Shown here: positions 1 through 12,102 of the stretch, piece by piece | Numbering within the stretch: position 1 is the first letter of the stretch | Layout of the letters: each line of letters begins with the position of its first letter | DNA from: Octopus sinensis | Lineage: Eukaryota | Direction: 5' to 3' | DNA length: 64,000 bases | NCBI RefSeq assembly: GCF_006345805.1 | Contig: NC_042999.1 | Span: 118,792,001 to 118,856,000 of the forward strand | Translations under genes and position numbers: made by a program | Notes under the pieces: generated by a model | Told to the model about the DNA's origin: nothing | The model's database searches: none | Seen by the model: the letters and a program-made list of their open reading frames with translations, nothing else

Positions 1-529
1 CTTTCTCTTTTTCTGCTTCTTTATCCCCTAACCATACTTTCATTTACTTTGGCATTAACACTGTACTCGCTTTATTCATCTTTACACAGTCTATTTACAT
101 TTTCATCATTATTTACTTTTTGTTTCCTCCCAACATAAACCTGGCAGACACAGTGTAAGAGTACATGTTTGATTCAGGTCTGAAGGTCTGTCACTCTATT
201 GTTTAAAACCACAAATATTACATAAATTTTCACTTAAAAGTTTGTGTGCACTAACATGGAAAGCTGAGGCATTACAGAGACAATTGTAACTGATCATCAA
301 AGATGTTTTGCTTTGTCTTCTCATTTGGATTACATTTTACTCTTCACTAAACCCATACAACAGTTTTACCATTGTGAAACCTGAAGAATTTTTATTTAAA
401 TTCTGGAATCTGACAGTGTAGATAACCTAAAGCTTGGATTGCTGCATTGGAACTACCCTATCTTTCTACTATCCCAATACCTTATATACATATATATATA
501 TGAAAATAAAACTGAATAGAGATCATTAA

Positions 530-740
530 CCCTTTCATTACTGTATTTATTTTGAGATGCTCTGTGTTTCTTTCAATTACTTTAAATATAACAAAGAATT
601 TAGTAAATCAAATTTATCTATCATTCTACTAGTGTTAGGAACATAAATTGAGACTAAGGTTCGCTGGAAGATTTTAATTCAAAACTTATGAAAACAAGAC
701 AGAGCCAGAGCCAGTTTCAGCCGAGTTGGAAACAAAAGGG
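530..740. mobile_element. Short piggyBac-like MITE
   Basis: TTAA|CCCTTT ... AAAGGG|TTAA termini (TTAA at 526-529 and 741-744). Confidence 0.55.
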
Positions 741-786
741 TTAATAGACAGCTTTTTAACAATATGGTAGTGGGGAATGCATGTAC

Positions 787-822
<36 letters not shown>

Positions 823-863
823 GTGTATATATGTATAAGTATATATGTGCATGTATGTATATA

Positions 864-899
<36 letters not shown>

Positions 900-902
<3 letters not shown>

Positions 903-1095
903 AGAATTCACAAAAACAATAAGGGGTGAAGACAGGTGGTGTAGACAACAAACAGATGTATTTGTATAACGCTCAGGAAGTGAAAAAGTCTTTAATGTTT
1001 TGAGCCTATGCTCTTCCACAGAAAGGAACACAGAAAGAAACAAGGAGAGAAAATAAAGAATGTGTAGTGGCTAGCGATCTGTCATGGTGAAAACA
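900..1095 (-). mobile_element. Short dispersed repeat, Penelope pLTR-like; second copy at about 4590-4735
   Basis: Clear similarity between the two loci (caacaaacag(a/g)tgtatt...gagcctatgctcttc.acagaaagga); contains a hammerhead-like relic. Confidence 0.55.
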
Positions 1096-1097
1096 TA

Positions 1098-1099
1098 AA

Positions 1100-1189
<90 letters not shown>

Positions 1190-1586
1190 ATATATATGTA
1201 TGTATATATATGTATATATATATATATGTATGTATATATATATATGTATGTATATATTATATATGTATATATATATGTATGTATATATATATGTATATAT
1301 ATATGTATGTAATATATATGTATATATATATATGTATGTATATATAGTATATATATATATGTATGTATATATATATGTATATATATATGTATGTATATAT
1401 GTATGTATATATATATGTATGTATATATGTATATATATATGTATGTATATATATATGTATATATATTTGTATGTATGTATATATATATGTATATATATTT
1501 GTATGTATATATATATGTATGTAAAATATATGTATGTATAAATATATGTATGTATATATATATGTATGTATATATATATATATATG

Positions 1587-1622
<36 letters not shown>

Positions 1623-1666
1623 ATATGTATGTATATATATATATATGTATATATATATATGTATGT

Positions 1667-1716
<50 letters not shown>

Positions 1717-2128
1717 GTATGTATATATATATGTATGTATATATATATGTATATATATATATGTATGTATATATAATATGTATGTATATATATATATGTA
1801 TATATATATATATGTATGTATATATATATGTATATATATATGTATGTATATATATATGTATATATATATATGTATGTATATATATATGTATATATATATA
1901 TGTATGTATATATATATGTATATATATATGTATGTATATATGTATGTATATATATATGTATGTATATATGTATATATATATGTATGTATATATATATGTA
2001 TATATATTTGTATGTATGTATATATATATGTATATATATTTGTATGTATATATATATGTATGTATAAATATATGTATGTATAAATATATGTATGTATATA
2101 TATATGTATGTATATATATATATATATG

Positions 2129-2166
<38 letters not shown>

Positions 2167-2236
2167 TATGTATGTATATATATATATATGTATATATATA
2201 TATGTATGTATATATATATATATATGTATATATATA
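1098..2236. repeat. Long compound (TA)n/(TATG)n microsatellite
   Basis: Directly visible; source of the spurious YI/HT/MYV ORFs. Confidence 0.98.
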
Positions 2237-3315
2237 GTCAGCAGTGGTGTCCCACAAGGCACTGTGTTGGGCCCACTTCTCTTCATCATCTACATAAATG
2301 ATATTACTGACACCATCAAACACAGTAACATCAGAACCTTCGCTGATGATTCCAAGCTCCAGAAGGTCATCAATGGCGTGGATGACCGAATAAACCTTCA
2401 GTCAGACCTACTGGCTGTTGTCCAATGGGCAGAAAAGAATAACATGTTGCTAAATGAAGACAAATTTGAACTGATCCACTTTGGAAGGGAGGACGCTCTG
2501 AAACTCCCATACTCTCTTCCTTCTGGAGAAATTCTCATGGCATCCAACAACATCAGAGACCTGGGAGTAACAGTGGACAACAACATAAGCTGGGCTACAC
2601 ATATAAGCAGTAAAGTTGACATGGCCCGCAGAATGTGTTCCTGGATTCCCAGAACCTTCCAGTCGAGAGATTCCCACGCTATTATCCTTCTCTTCTCCAC
2701 TTTTGCCCGACCCCACCTTGAATACTGCTGTCCACTGTGGTCTCCCTACACAAAACAAAATATTATGAGAATTGAAGGTCCCCAAAGGTCAATCACAAAA
2801 AAGATAGATGGCATGTCAGACATTGACTACTGGGGTAGACTAGAGAAGCTGAAATTGTATTCACTCCAACGACGCCGTGAACACTACATTATCTGTATGA
2901 TGTGGAAAATATTCCACCAGCACTGTCCGAATGATGTTGGCATCACCTTCAAAATGCATCCAAGGCTCGGACCACGTGCCATCCGTCCACAACAAAAATC
3001 TAAATCGCATCACATAACGACAATACGGCACAACTATTTCACCTCAATTGGACCTGCTCTCTTCAACATTACACCAGGGCACATCAAAAAAGAAACTGAC
3101 CACACAAAATTCAAGAAGTCTTTGGACAAATTCCTTCAAACAGTACCGGACAAACCACCCACACCCGGATATGTCTCCGCAAACAATAACTCTCTGCTCG
3201 AATGGGCCTTGGTGCCCAAATCCTGAACTGAAAGACTTCGCCAGGTGGTGCTATTAAGTTAGACATGGCCTGGGCCAATACTGGCCAAAACCTTTCTAAG
3301 TTATTCTAAGTTATT
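2237..3315 (+). mobile_element. 5'-truncated CR1-clade LINE (RT C-terminal half plus 3' UTR)
   Basis: Stop-free frame [45 protein letters not shown] to TGA 3226; short 3' UTR ending in TTCTAAG/TTATTCTAAG repeats. Confidence 0.92.
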
Positions 3316-3369
3316 ATATATATGTATGTATATATATATGTATGTATGTATATATATATGTATGTATAT

Positions 3370-3465
<96 letters not shown>

Positions 3466-3627
3466 TATATATATATATATATAAATGTATGTATATATAT
3501 ATATATGTATGTATATATATATGTATGTATGTATATATGTATGTATGTATATATGTATGTATGTATATATATATATATATGTATGTATGTATATATGTAT
3601 GTATGTATATATATATATATATGTATG

Positions 3628-3675
<48 letters not shown>
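3316..3675. repeat. (TA)n/(TATG)n then (GA)n microsatellite
   Basis: Directly visible. Confidence 0.97.
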
Positions 3676-3677
<2 letters not shown>

Positions 3678-3924
3678 AAGAGCAGGATGTTAACGAGAGA
3701 TGTTAATGAGTAGGGATGGCTTTTTTGAGGGAATAATTTTTATGTTAATCTTCATAATAATGAGAACAGAACAGGTGACCTCACCACACAGGTCAACTTT
3801 TGACAAGAAATCAAGAATAGTGATTTTTCTATTTGGTTATTCTATTTGGTTATTCTTGATAGACTTAAATCTTCCCCCCACTGTTCTCAATTAGTATTAA
3901 TCTTATTTATTATTTTATTATATA

Positions 3925-4430
3925 CTAGCAGTATCGCCCGGCGTTGCTCGGGTTTGTAAGGGAAATAACTATATAAGCATTTTTAGAGAGTTACTTCCCT
4001 TATAAATTCGGGCTTTCTTAGCCATTTCTGTTTTGGTGTCTTCAAGCCATGAAGTCGTTGTTTTAAAAGAACGCTGGTTTCCTTCACAACGCATTACGAT
4101 GTTGATTTCTTTACACTCCCTTCCCCACAGCTTCACGAGGGAGGGAAGGGGGAGAAGCAAACAGGTGCAGCTGTGAGCGTGGACGCCAACTCCGTCGCCA
4201 TCGACACATGATGCATTTTATGCATTAAAATGGAATAAAAAATGATGTTAAATTATTTTTAAAATCGTAGACTCATCGTTGACACGCGCTAATAGTCAGA
4301 CGGGCTCGATATGAATCACGACTATAAGATACCCGAATTTGGTTAAACTGCACCGCAAAATGTGGGAGGAGTTAGGAATCTAAATCGAAGGGGACAGACA
4401 CTCACACAACTAGAGTTTTATATATATAGA
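3925..4430 (-). mobile_element. Non-autonomous Helitron
   Basis: Minus strand begins A|TCTATATATATAAAA and ends hairpin CCCGAGCAACGCCGGG + CGATACTG + CTAG|T; A/T insertion site, no TSD. Confidence 0.85.
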
Positions 4431-4589
4431 TATATATATTTCGTTTTTCTTGATTTCATTTACTTTCTTCTCCTTCCCCTTCTTTGCCTCCTTTCTTCCT
4501 TCATTTAGTTGTAGTGGTGGTTCTTCTTCTTCTTCACACATGTTTTTGTATTCTTTATATATATATATATGTATATGTATATGTATATA

Positions 4590-4735
4590 TAGTTGGAATT
4601 TACAAGAAAACAAAAGACGAAAAGAGGTGTGTAAACAACAAACAGGTGTATTAGTTGAATGCTTGGGAAGGTGAGAAAGTCTTTTATGCTTTGAGCCTAT
4701 GCTCTTCAACAGAAAGGAATATGAGAAAATAAACA
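4590..4735 (-). mobile_element. Second copy of the pLTR-like repeat seen at 900-1095
   Basis: Sequence similarity to 900-1095. Confidence 0.55.
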
Positions 4736-5086
4736 GATATTATTTAAAAAATTTTTTATTTCATTTTCTATATTTTTTAATATCCTTTTTCCTTTTCTGT
4801 GAATATTTTTTGTATGTATATTTGTATGAAAAAATCTTTTTACTAGTTAAGCAACCAGTAAAACATACATTTTTCAGTTTGAAAATTGTTATCAGAGTTG
4901 TCGAATGTGTTTTTACTACTGTTGTTGAATTCTTTACACTGTTGTTGAATTGTTTTTGTGGAACTCTTCTGTTTTTGTGTGTTTCTTTGAAAATACTTTT
5001 GTTTTCTGCATGTAGCAGATTTGTTTATTTTTCTTTCCTCTTGTTTCAAGGGGGAAACTTAACTGAATTTCTGTTTTTTTGTTATT

Positions 5087-6070
5087 ATGAGTGCTTCGTC
5101 TTCTTTGTCTGATGAAGAACTTCATTTTAAAAGGACTTTAGAAGCCATGTTGAACAATATACCTGTTGAACAGGCAGAACGTTTAGAAAAAAAGTAATGA
5201 AAACCAAAGGAAATGAAAAGGATACCACAAAGAAAAACAAAGAAAAACAATACAGTTAACTTTGCAGCTGCAGTCTCAGTGGCAAAAGAGGGCTTAAAAA
5301 TCGTTAAATACAATGGACTACTGCAAAAAGAGGGATATGATATAAATTAGTCCTTCCCAGTGAACTTACACATACAACCCAAAGACAAACAAAAATATAT
5401 AAAATCTTTCATATAAAAAACAAAAAAATGACTTTGTATCATGAGAAGCAATTGAAATATGTTTACCACTTATTTGGCAAGAGACTACATACATAGCAAA
5501 GGGGAGAAGATTTGGGACAGGAGAAGTATGTTTCTCTAATGAAGAAGAAGCCAGGCAACACTCTACAGCTTCACTTAAGTTGAAAGAGGTGGTTCTCCTG
5601 TTGACATACCTTGGAAGGCACACTTCCAGAGTAAGAGTGGCAGAAATTCTACCTGAGATAGAAGTGGCCTGGCTTGTAGCAGTTTTAATACTGGGATTGG
5701 AGGATAAAATTATTATCCTCCAAGCTACCAAATTCCATCAACAAAATTGGATTGGTTAAGCATCGGAGTTGATTATTCAAGCCACCTCCCCTTGATCTTG
5801 AGGAGATTCCTACCTTACCTCCATATTAACAGGAGAAGATGTAAACCTCAGGTTTTGGTGGAAGGAGAAGCCAAGATGCTACAAGTATAAGGAAAAAGGT
5901 CACCTACGCTCTGATTGTAAAGCAGGCAAGGAAAATCCACCAAAATTGAGGAAGACTCTACAGCTGAGGAAACTACACGAGGCGAGGGTTGCAGTGGCTC
6001 CACCAGCCATGAAGCAACTGGAACAAGCACCACCTGAAGATGCAGCCACCAATTCTTCCGTGGTATACGT
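5087..6070 (+). mobile_element. Degraded retroelement ORF1/gag-like sequence with CCHC zinc knuckle
   Basis: Frameshifted and stop-riddled; RCYKYKEKGHLRSDC at about 5875-5915 fits CX2CX4HX4C with the second C>Y. Confidence 0.5.
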
Positions 6071-6074
6071 GTGG

Positions 6075-6615
6075 CTTGGAGGACCATCTACCTCTGGAGG
6101 GATTTTTTCCACTCTCACCCTGGAAGCATGTCTTTCCAAGTAAATGGGAAGAAGAACCACTTCGTCTGTCTTGAGGGAAGTTACGGAATGCTGCCTGGCT
6201 ATTGCCTCAGTTGTAAACCACCCCTCTACCGTTACATACTTTCTTCCTCTGCCAGATGAGTCTCAGCTCTTTTACAATTTGAGCCTTTGTTGCTATTTCT
6301 ATCCTTTGTAATTTCTGGTTGTACGTTTTGTACATTATTGTCTTTTCTTTCACTTGTTTTGTAGTCTTACTGGGAGGGGGTCACCATTACTTCGTTTCCC
6401 TCCCTCTTCAACATTGTCTTGAAGTTTTAAAATTCTTCCCTCTTGATACATAAATCTTCCTTTTCGCCTCTAGCTACATTCGCAAAATTCTTCTTTCTTT
6501 CCTCCTCCATTGCATGGTCAATTATTTTTATTCTCTTTATCAACTCCTCCTCAGATGATGTCATGTCTGACGAGCTAACATTATTGTACATCATTTTGAT
6601 AACAGTGCTTCCCAT
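6075..6615 (-). mobile_element. Second, diverged ORF1-like relic of the same family, convergent orientation
   Basis: Minus GRRKYVTVEGWFTTEAIARQHSVTSLKTDEVVLLPIYLERHASRVRVEKIPPE aligns with plus GRRFGTGEVCFSNEEEARQHSTASLKLKEVVLLLTYLGRHTSRVRVAEILPE. Confidence 0.55.
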
Positions 6616-6939
6616 TCAAACAAGGGGTAAAGCATCAACTATACCACCGCAAGGCAGCAAAACAAGGTTTTGTTAAACACAAAACAAATAGAATCAACAG
6701 CAATTCAACAATTAAGCTATAATTTTAACGGTGTGACTTACAGGGAATTACAGATCATTGAACAAACATTCGTAGTGTACAACTACTAAGAAAATTACAA
6801 AAAAAAAATGCAAAATTTATACGTTTAGCTAGTCCATGAAATATGCACGAATATAACCTAGGATGAGTTCAAAATTTGGAGGGTTAAGACAATTTGAAGT
6901 GTATAGATTAATTATTATACTGAGAAGAATTTAAAAGTA

Positions 6940-7690
6940 GAAAAGTACTTATGTTGACATGAGATCAAATACCCAGAGATATTGTTAATCAATAAATTCT
7001 TTTATTCTTTCATAGTATGTTAAGGGTTTCCTTAATGCATAATTTGCAAACTTTTGTATTATATGGAATGGATTCACTAATAGACCATTTTAAAAAGTAT
7101 TCATTATTACTATTTTTTAATTTATTGATATAAATGGCCAGGGCTGTTTTAGTTTTAGATTCCTTATTTATGAACGAGTTTAAATGCGACCTATACCTGA
7201 CTTTGAAATCAATAGTACTCCCTATATAAACTTTCTTAGGGTCCTTTAAGGTGCTTACTTTGCATTCATATACGACGTTTCTATGTAGACACTGACCATT
7301 TAAAGGAATGGTGTTTCAGGATTGGCAGGTGCATCTTTTATCCCTGGAACAATCATTTTCCTTATTATACCCAGCTATACTAACTCTATTATTAACCATA
7401 TTTCACAATTTAAATCTATTATTCATTGCTATAATCGACCCCAAATTTGGCATCGTAGAATAAGATAATTTCAAAGATGATCTATTAAATATAGGAAGAT
7501 ACTTATGTTCTAAGGGGATGTTCTTATCAATTAAGCTAAAACAACATCTTAGGAGTTTCCTAAGATGGAAGGGAAATAGAGTGGTAAACCAGATTATATC
7601 CGGTTTTTGAGATGTTTTACAACCAGATTGTCTGCTCAAGTTTGGGTTCTCTGTGATCTTATAGTTCAAATGATAGCTATTCCTATTATG
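6940..7690 (-). mobile_element. Degraded Penelope-like element (RT thumb/linker plus GIY-YIG endonuclease)
   Basis: IIWF..LIDKNIPLEHKYLPIFNRSSLKLSYSTMPNLGSII..LNGQCLHRNVVYECKV..KVYIGSTIDFKVRY..VCKLCIKE. Confidence 0.8.
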
Positions 7691-8472
7691 TCTATATTTG
7701 TGTGTATGTGTGTGTATGTGTGTGTGTGTGTGTGTAGATAGATAGACACAGGCATATATACACTTACATTCATATACACATACATGAATTACACAAATAC
7801 ACATCTACACTGAATGTTTACATGCATAAATATTTTATTTTGTAATAAATTTCACTGTAACTGGCTGAGTTTCCATGTGGAATTCAGCTGCATATTGTAA
7901 ATTTGCAATTAGTAAACTGCAGTTGCTCTGTATAATGTGACAGTTTTTCAGAAAATCGAGTCAATTGTTAATGAACATGCAATATATTTTTACATAAAAT
8001 TTATGTTCAAAAATAACATCTCCAAATGTACCTTAGAATGGTATTGTAATTTAGTGCAATACTAAAATTAAATTCCACAACATGATTTACAGCATCACTT
8101 ATCAAAATGTGAAAAATACTTTTTTTTTCTTTGAGGATGTAAAATTAATTTCATGTTTATTATATTTCTTTAGAGATACAACATGTACATTTGTTTTCGT
8201 ATCATTTTTCATCAAGGTATAACAGAAAATTTATTCAACTGAAAATAGAGAATAGTCAGGTTAAAGTTAATTACAATTGCAATATTGTTTCCCACCCTTG
8301 TACAAACTCCATTACCTTCATAAAAGTTAAAGAGAAATGATATTTATATTTCTGAAATGGTTGTTTTTCTCTCTCACACACATCTATAAGCATGCACTTT
8401 TTAACTTAAAGTCTATGATAGCTTGACAGATATGCAATAAAATATTATAAGAACAAAATAAAGAGAAAAATT

Positions 8473-8503
<31 letters not shown>

Positions 8504-8849
8504 TATGACTAATATAAATAATGTAAGTAATATATGTGTATGTGTGTGCATGTATATGTATGAAGTTGCATGGCTCAGTGGCTAGAGTGTCAGGCTCACA
8601 ATCATGGGGTAGTGATTTCGATTCCTGGACCAGACTACGTGTTGTGTTCTTGAGTAAGACATTTTATTTCACGTTGCTCCAGTTCACTCAGCTGTAGAAA
8701 TGACGTCACTGATGCCAAGCTGTATCAGCCTTTTCTTTTCTCTTGGATAATATCGGTGCATGGAAAGGGGAGGCTGGTATGCATGAGCTACTGCTCATAA
8801 AACATCCTTCCCTGACTTGTGCCTTGGAGGGTAACTTTCGAGGTGTAAT

Positions 8850-9125
8850 ATGCCCATGGGCATATGGCGTAGTGGTTAAGAACATGGGCTGCTAACCCCA
8901 AGATTCCGAGTTCGATTCCAGACAGTGACCTGAATAATAATAATAATAATAACAACAACAACATTGAAAAATACCTTAGGAACGAGAACCCAGGTTTGAA
9001 ATTTCCCCAAGACACCTGATGAAGGCTGGAGGGTATATCAACCGAAAAATTGTGTGAACAACAAACAAGATGAGGACAAATATCTGTCAAATGTACATAA
9101 TTCCTCATCTCTTAAATATAGAACT
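8850..9125 (+). mobile_element. 276-bp solo unit: tRNA-like head + (AAT)n + hammerhead, same as the 3' terminus of the PLE at 23230-24070
   Basis: A box TGGCGTAGTGG 8865-75, B box GTTCGATTCC 8910-19; flanked by GTGTAAT direct repeats (8843-49, 9126-32). Confidence 0.8.
9011..9056 (+). ncRNA. Degenerate hammerhead motif (same family as 23984-24029)
   Basis: GACAC CUGAUGA A GGCUG..CAACC GAAA AA UU GUGUG; stem II mismatch and palindrome lost. Confidence 0.5.
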
Positions 9126-9250
9126 GTGTAATCATGTTGTCATTCATGACTGAAAGGGTTTTTTACCCCATATACATATAGTAATACATGCACACACACA
9201 CACACACACACATTATAATGGAATAGTTAGTATAAAGCATTATGTTGAAT

Positions 9251-9621
9251 ATATTATATAAAATTCATGGGTGAGGCCGGAACAATGTGAAATAAATCCA
9301 AGGCATATCACAAGAAAACAGGCATATGAATTGATAGTGACTTACCCTACATTCAGTATTTTATGATTATGACCCCCACTTCAGGAATTAGCAAATGTTG
9401 CAAATGTAACAACCCTCCTCAGGAAATAGCGAATGTTGCAGATGTGACATTTGCTAATTCCAGAGGAGGATTACATTTGCTAATTCCGGAAGAGTGGGGT
9501 CATAACCCTGAAATATTGAATGCAGGGTAAGTCACCATCAATTTATATGCCGGTTTTCTTGTGATATGCCTTGGATTTATTTCACATTGTTTCAGCCTTA
9601 CCCACGAATTTTATATAATAT
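9251..9621. mobile_element. Foldback MITE (~371 bp, ~150-bp inverted arms)
   Basis: atattatataaaattcatgggtgaggc...gccttacccacgaattttatataatat; arms pair almost to the centre. Confidence 0.85.
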
Positions 9622-9985
9622 CTATTATATAAAATCCATTCTGTCTGTCTGTCTGTGTGTTTTCTAGGATCTCGGGCATCCTCCATCCGATTGCGCTCAA
9701 ATTTGATATGTAGATACTGACTGTATCAGGGCGTGTATAAGTCTTGAAAAAATTACAAAAATCGATTCCAGGTGAGAATAGGATCGATAAAGTGAATAAA
9801 ATCGTTTTTCTTTGGAATAGAAAAAAGTCTATCTTTATTTCTTCTTTTGCTGGTATCTCAAATTTAGGTTAAATCAGTGTTTCTCAAAGGAGAGGCCTAT
9901 GGGACGGTTGGACAAGTTGTTTTGAGAAAATTTGTTTAAATGTTTGACAACTCAGCACTGTCCATTGGACAGGGAGCGTTTTGCT

Positions 9986-9987
<2 letters not shown>
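9621..9987 (+). mobile_element. Non-autonomous Helitron-like element
   Basis: A|TCTATTATATAAAA...(CTGT)n start; 3' hairpin CTGTCC-ATT-GGACAG 11 nt before CTTG|T (variant of CTRR). Confidence 0.6.
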
Positions 9988-10022
<35 letters not shown>

Positions 10023-10210
10023 TGGTTGGGAAAAAGAGACCCATAGAATAATTATTAGGTTTTCAAAAATAAGTCCTGGGTCAATTTGTTCAGCAAAAAA
10101 AACTTTCAAGGCAGTGCTCCAACCTGGCTTCAGTCAAATGACTGAAAGAAGTAAAATTATAAAAGAATGAAAGATTATACATAGGGACAAATATACAGAC
10201 AGATATTTAT

Positions 10211-10566
10211 TTTATCTTTTACTTGTTTCAGTCATTAGATTGTTGCCATGCACTGCCTTGAAGAATTTTAGTGAAACGAATTGATCCCCAGTTCTTATTT
10301 CATTTAAAACCTGGTACTTCTAGCAGTCTCTTTAGTCAAACTCACTACGTTATGGGGATATAAGCACACACACACAAAGACCACCCTCCAACACACATAT
10401 ATACAATGAAATTCTTTAAGTTTCTGTCTACTAAATCCGCTCAAAAGGCTTTGGTTGGCCCAAGGCTAAAGTAGAAGACACTTGCTCAAGGTGTTATGCA
10501 GTGGGACTGAACCCAGAACCATGTGGTTAGGAAACAAACATCTTACCACACAGCCACACCTGTGCC
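10211..10566 (-). mobile_element. tRNA-derived SINE, family A
   Basis: Reverse complement of the family A consensus (cf. 55271-55697). Confidence 0.8.
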
Positions 10567-11971
10567 TATATATGTAATTAAAGTCACTATTTTTTAATTA
10601 TTATGTAATAATCGCTATTAGTTTTTATCTTTCACCATTATATGAGATCTTTGATTACACTTCTTGTTTTATCTTTTGTCTTTTACATGTTTCAGTAAAT
10701 AAGTGGTTGGGAAACAAACCACACACCACACAGCCACGCCAACATTTTGATAAAAAATAAAATGTTTCCCAATATAAATTGACCTCAGAAGGACAGAAGA
10801 TTGTATAATTTGTAAACTACTGTACAAAATACCTTCTGGAATTTGGTTTTATTCATTTAGGTTCTGGATTCTTGGCATTGTTTCCTTTGCTTTTAATCTT
10901 TCTGCTGTCAATAAACTAAGAAGCAGTTTAACAAATTGAGATTAATTGAATGTTTCTTACTCTATTCTCTCTCACAAGAGAGTTCTTGTCAGTTTATCAT
11001 CTGCGTTCCCAATCGTCCATGAATTTGTACCTTTATGCTTGACATCTTAGGCTAACATATGGTTAACTAATTAAAACCCTAATATTGGTTACTTAGATTA
11101 AGTGTAAGGTCAATACTTTTGCAGGGGCACAAATGCAATCAACTGAATACATCAATGTTTCTTATTGGTCCTTGTCCATTAGTTTCTATCATTGAAAATC
11201 AAGCTTATATGGATCTTGATCACCTCCAAGCCCCTCAGTGGTCAGTTTGAATCATAATGATTGAGGTTTTGCAGTGCCTGCAACATGATTATTTGAAAAT
11301 TCCATCATTTTGTGTCACAACAAAAATGCCATGAAATAAGTATTGGTCCTTGTTTATCAACTCCAGACAGACAAATCTGACATTGGGAGAATTTGAACAA
11401 AGAAATAAATAAGCCAATATTAAAAGTAATGTAAGCTATATTTTATTTGGCAATTAATCATGAAGGTCTTCTCATCACCATGTAGTTGTACAAGACTGAA
11501 ATGTAACACTACCTGTCAGTGAGAGTAGAATTTAGAAGAAAAGTTTATTTAAAAACATTATTAAAAAGAAAAACTACCAGTAATTATATTTCATATAAGT
11601 GAGTTGAAGGATTAGATTAGTCTTTAGATGCAAGCAAAATGATGTGTGATATAATAGCAGCTTGCAAGATTTATGTGAAACTATTCATCCTTAACAACTA
11701 AAAATATTAAATCTTCTCCTGTTTATTATACCATTTGCCACTTATTTCTCAGATTTCATGCATCATTCAAATCTGCTTATCATTTTGCCATACAATTATT
11801 CTTCACTCATCAAATCACATCCTTTATGAAACGAATTATAGTTACCTTAAAGTTTGAAGTATTGCTGTCAGTTTGGTTAGCAAATTTTCACAAGCAGAGA
11901 GAATAACATGTCAATATATATTATATGAACATGTGTGTGTCTCTGTATATAAGTGTATATGTATAATATAT

Positions 11972-12052
<81 letters not shown>

Positions 12053-12102
12053 TGTATGTAGTATGTATGTATGTATGTATGTACGTATGTATGTATATGT
12101 GA

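Larger units (their letters stand above)
8545..9170 (+). mobile_element. tRNA-derived SINE (family of 12103-12420), interrupted by the 8850-9125 insertion
   Basis: Head gcatggctcagtggctagagtgtcaggctcacaatc; resumes after the insert as gtcattcatgactgaaaggg. Confidence 0.8.

Noticed and set aside
679-2323. Long YI/HT/MYV-repeat ORFs, and similar ones at 3322-3713, 11873-12160, 24333-25078, 37506-37863, 46530-46836
   Set aside because: Translations of TA/TG/TATG microsatellites, which lack stop codons in several frames.
8860-8932. Possible tRNA gene (Ser-like anticodon loop)
   Set aside because: Acceptor and T stems pair poorly and it is part of a repeated mobile unit, so it is treated as a SINE-type head.
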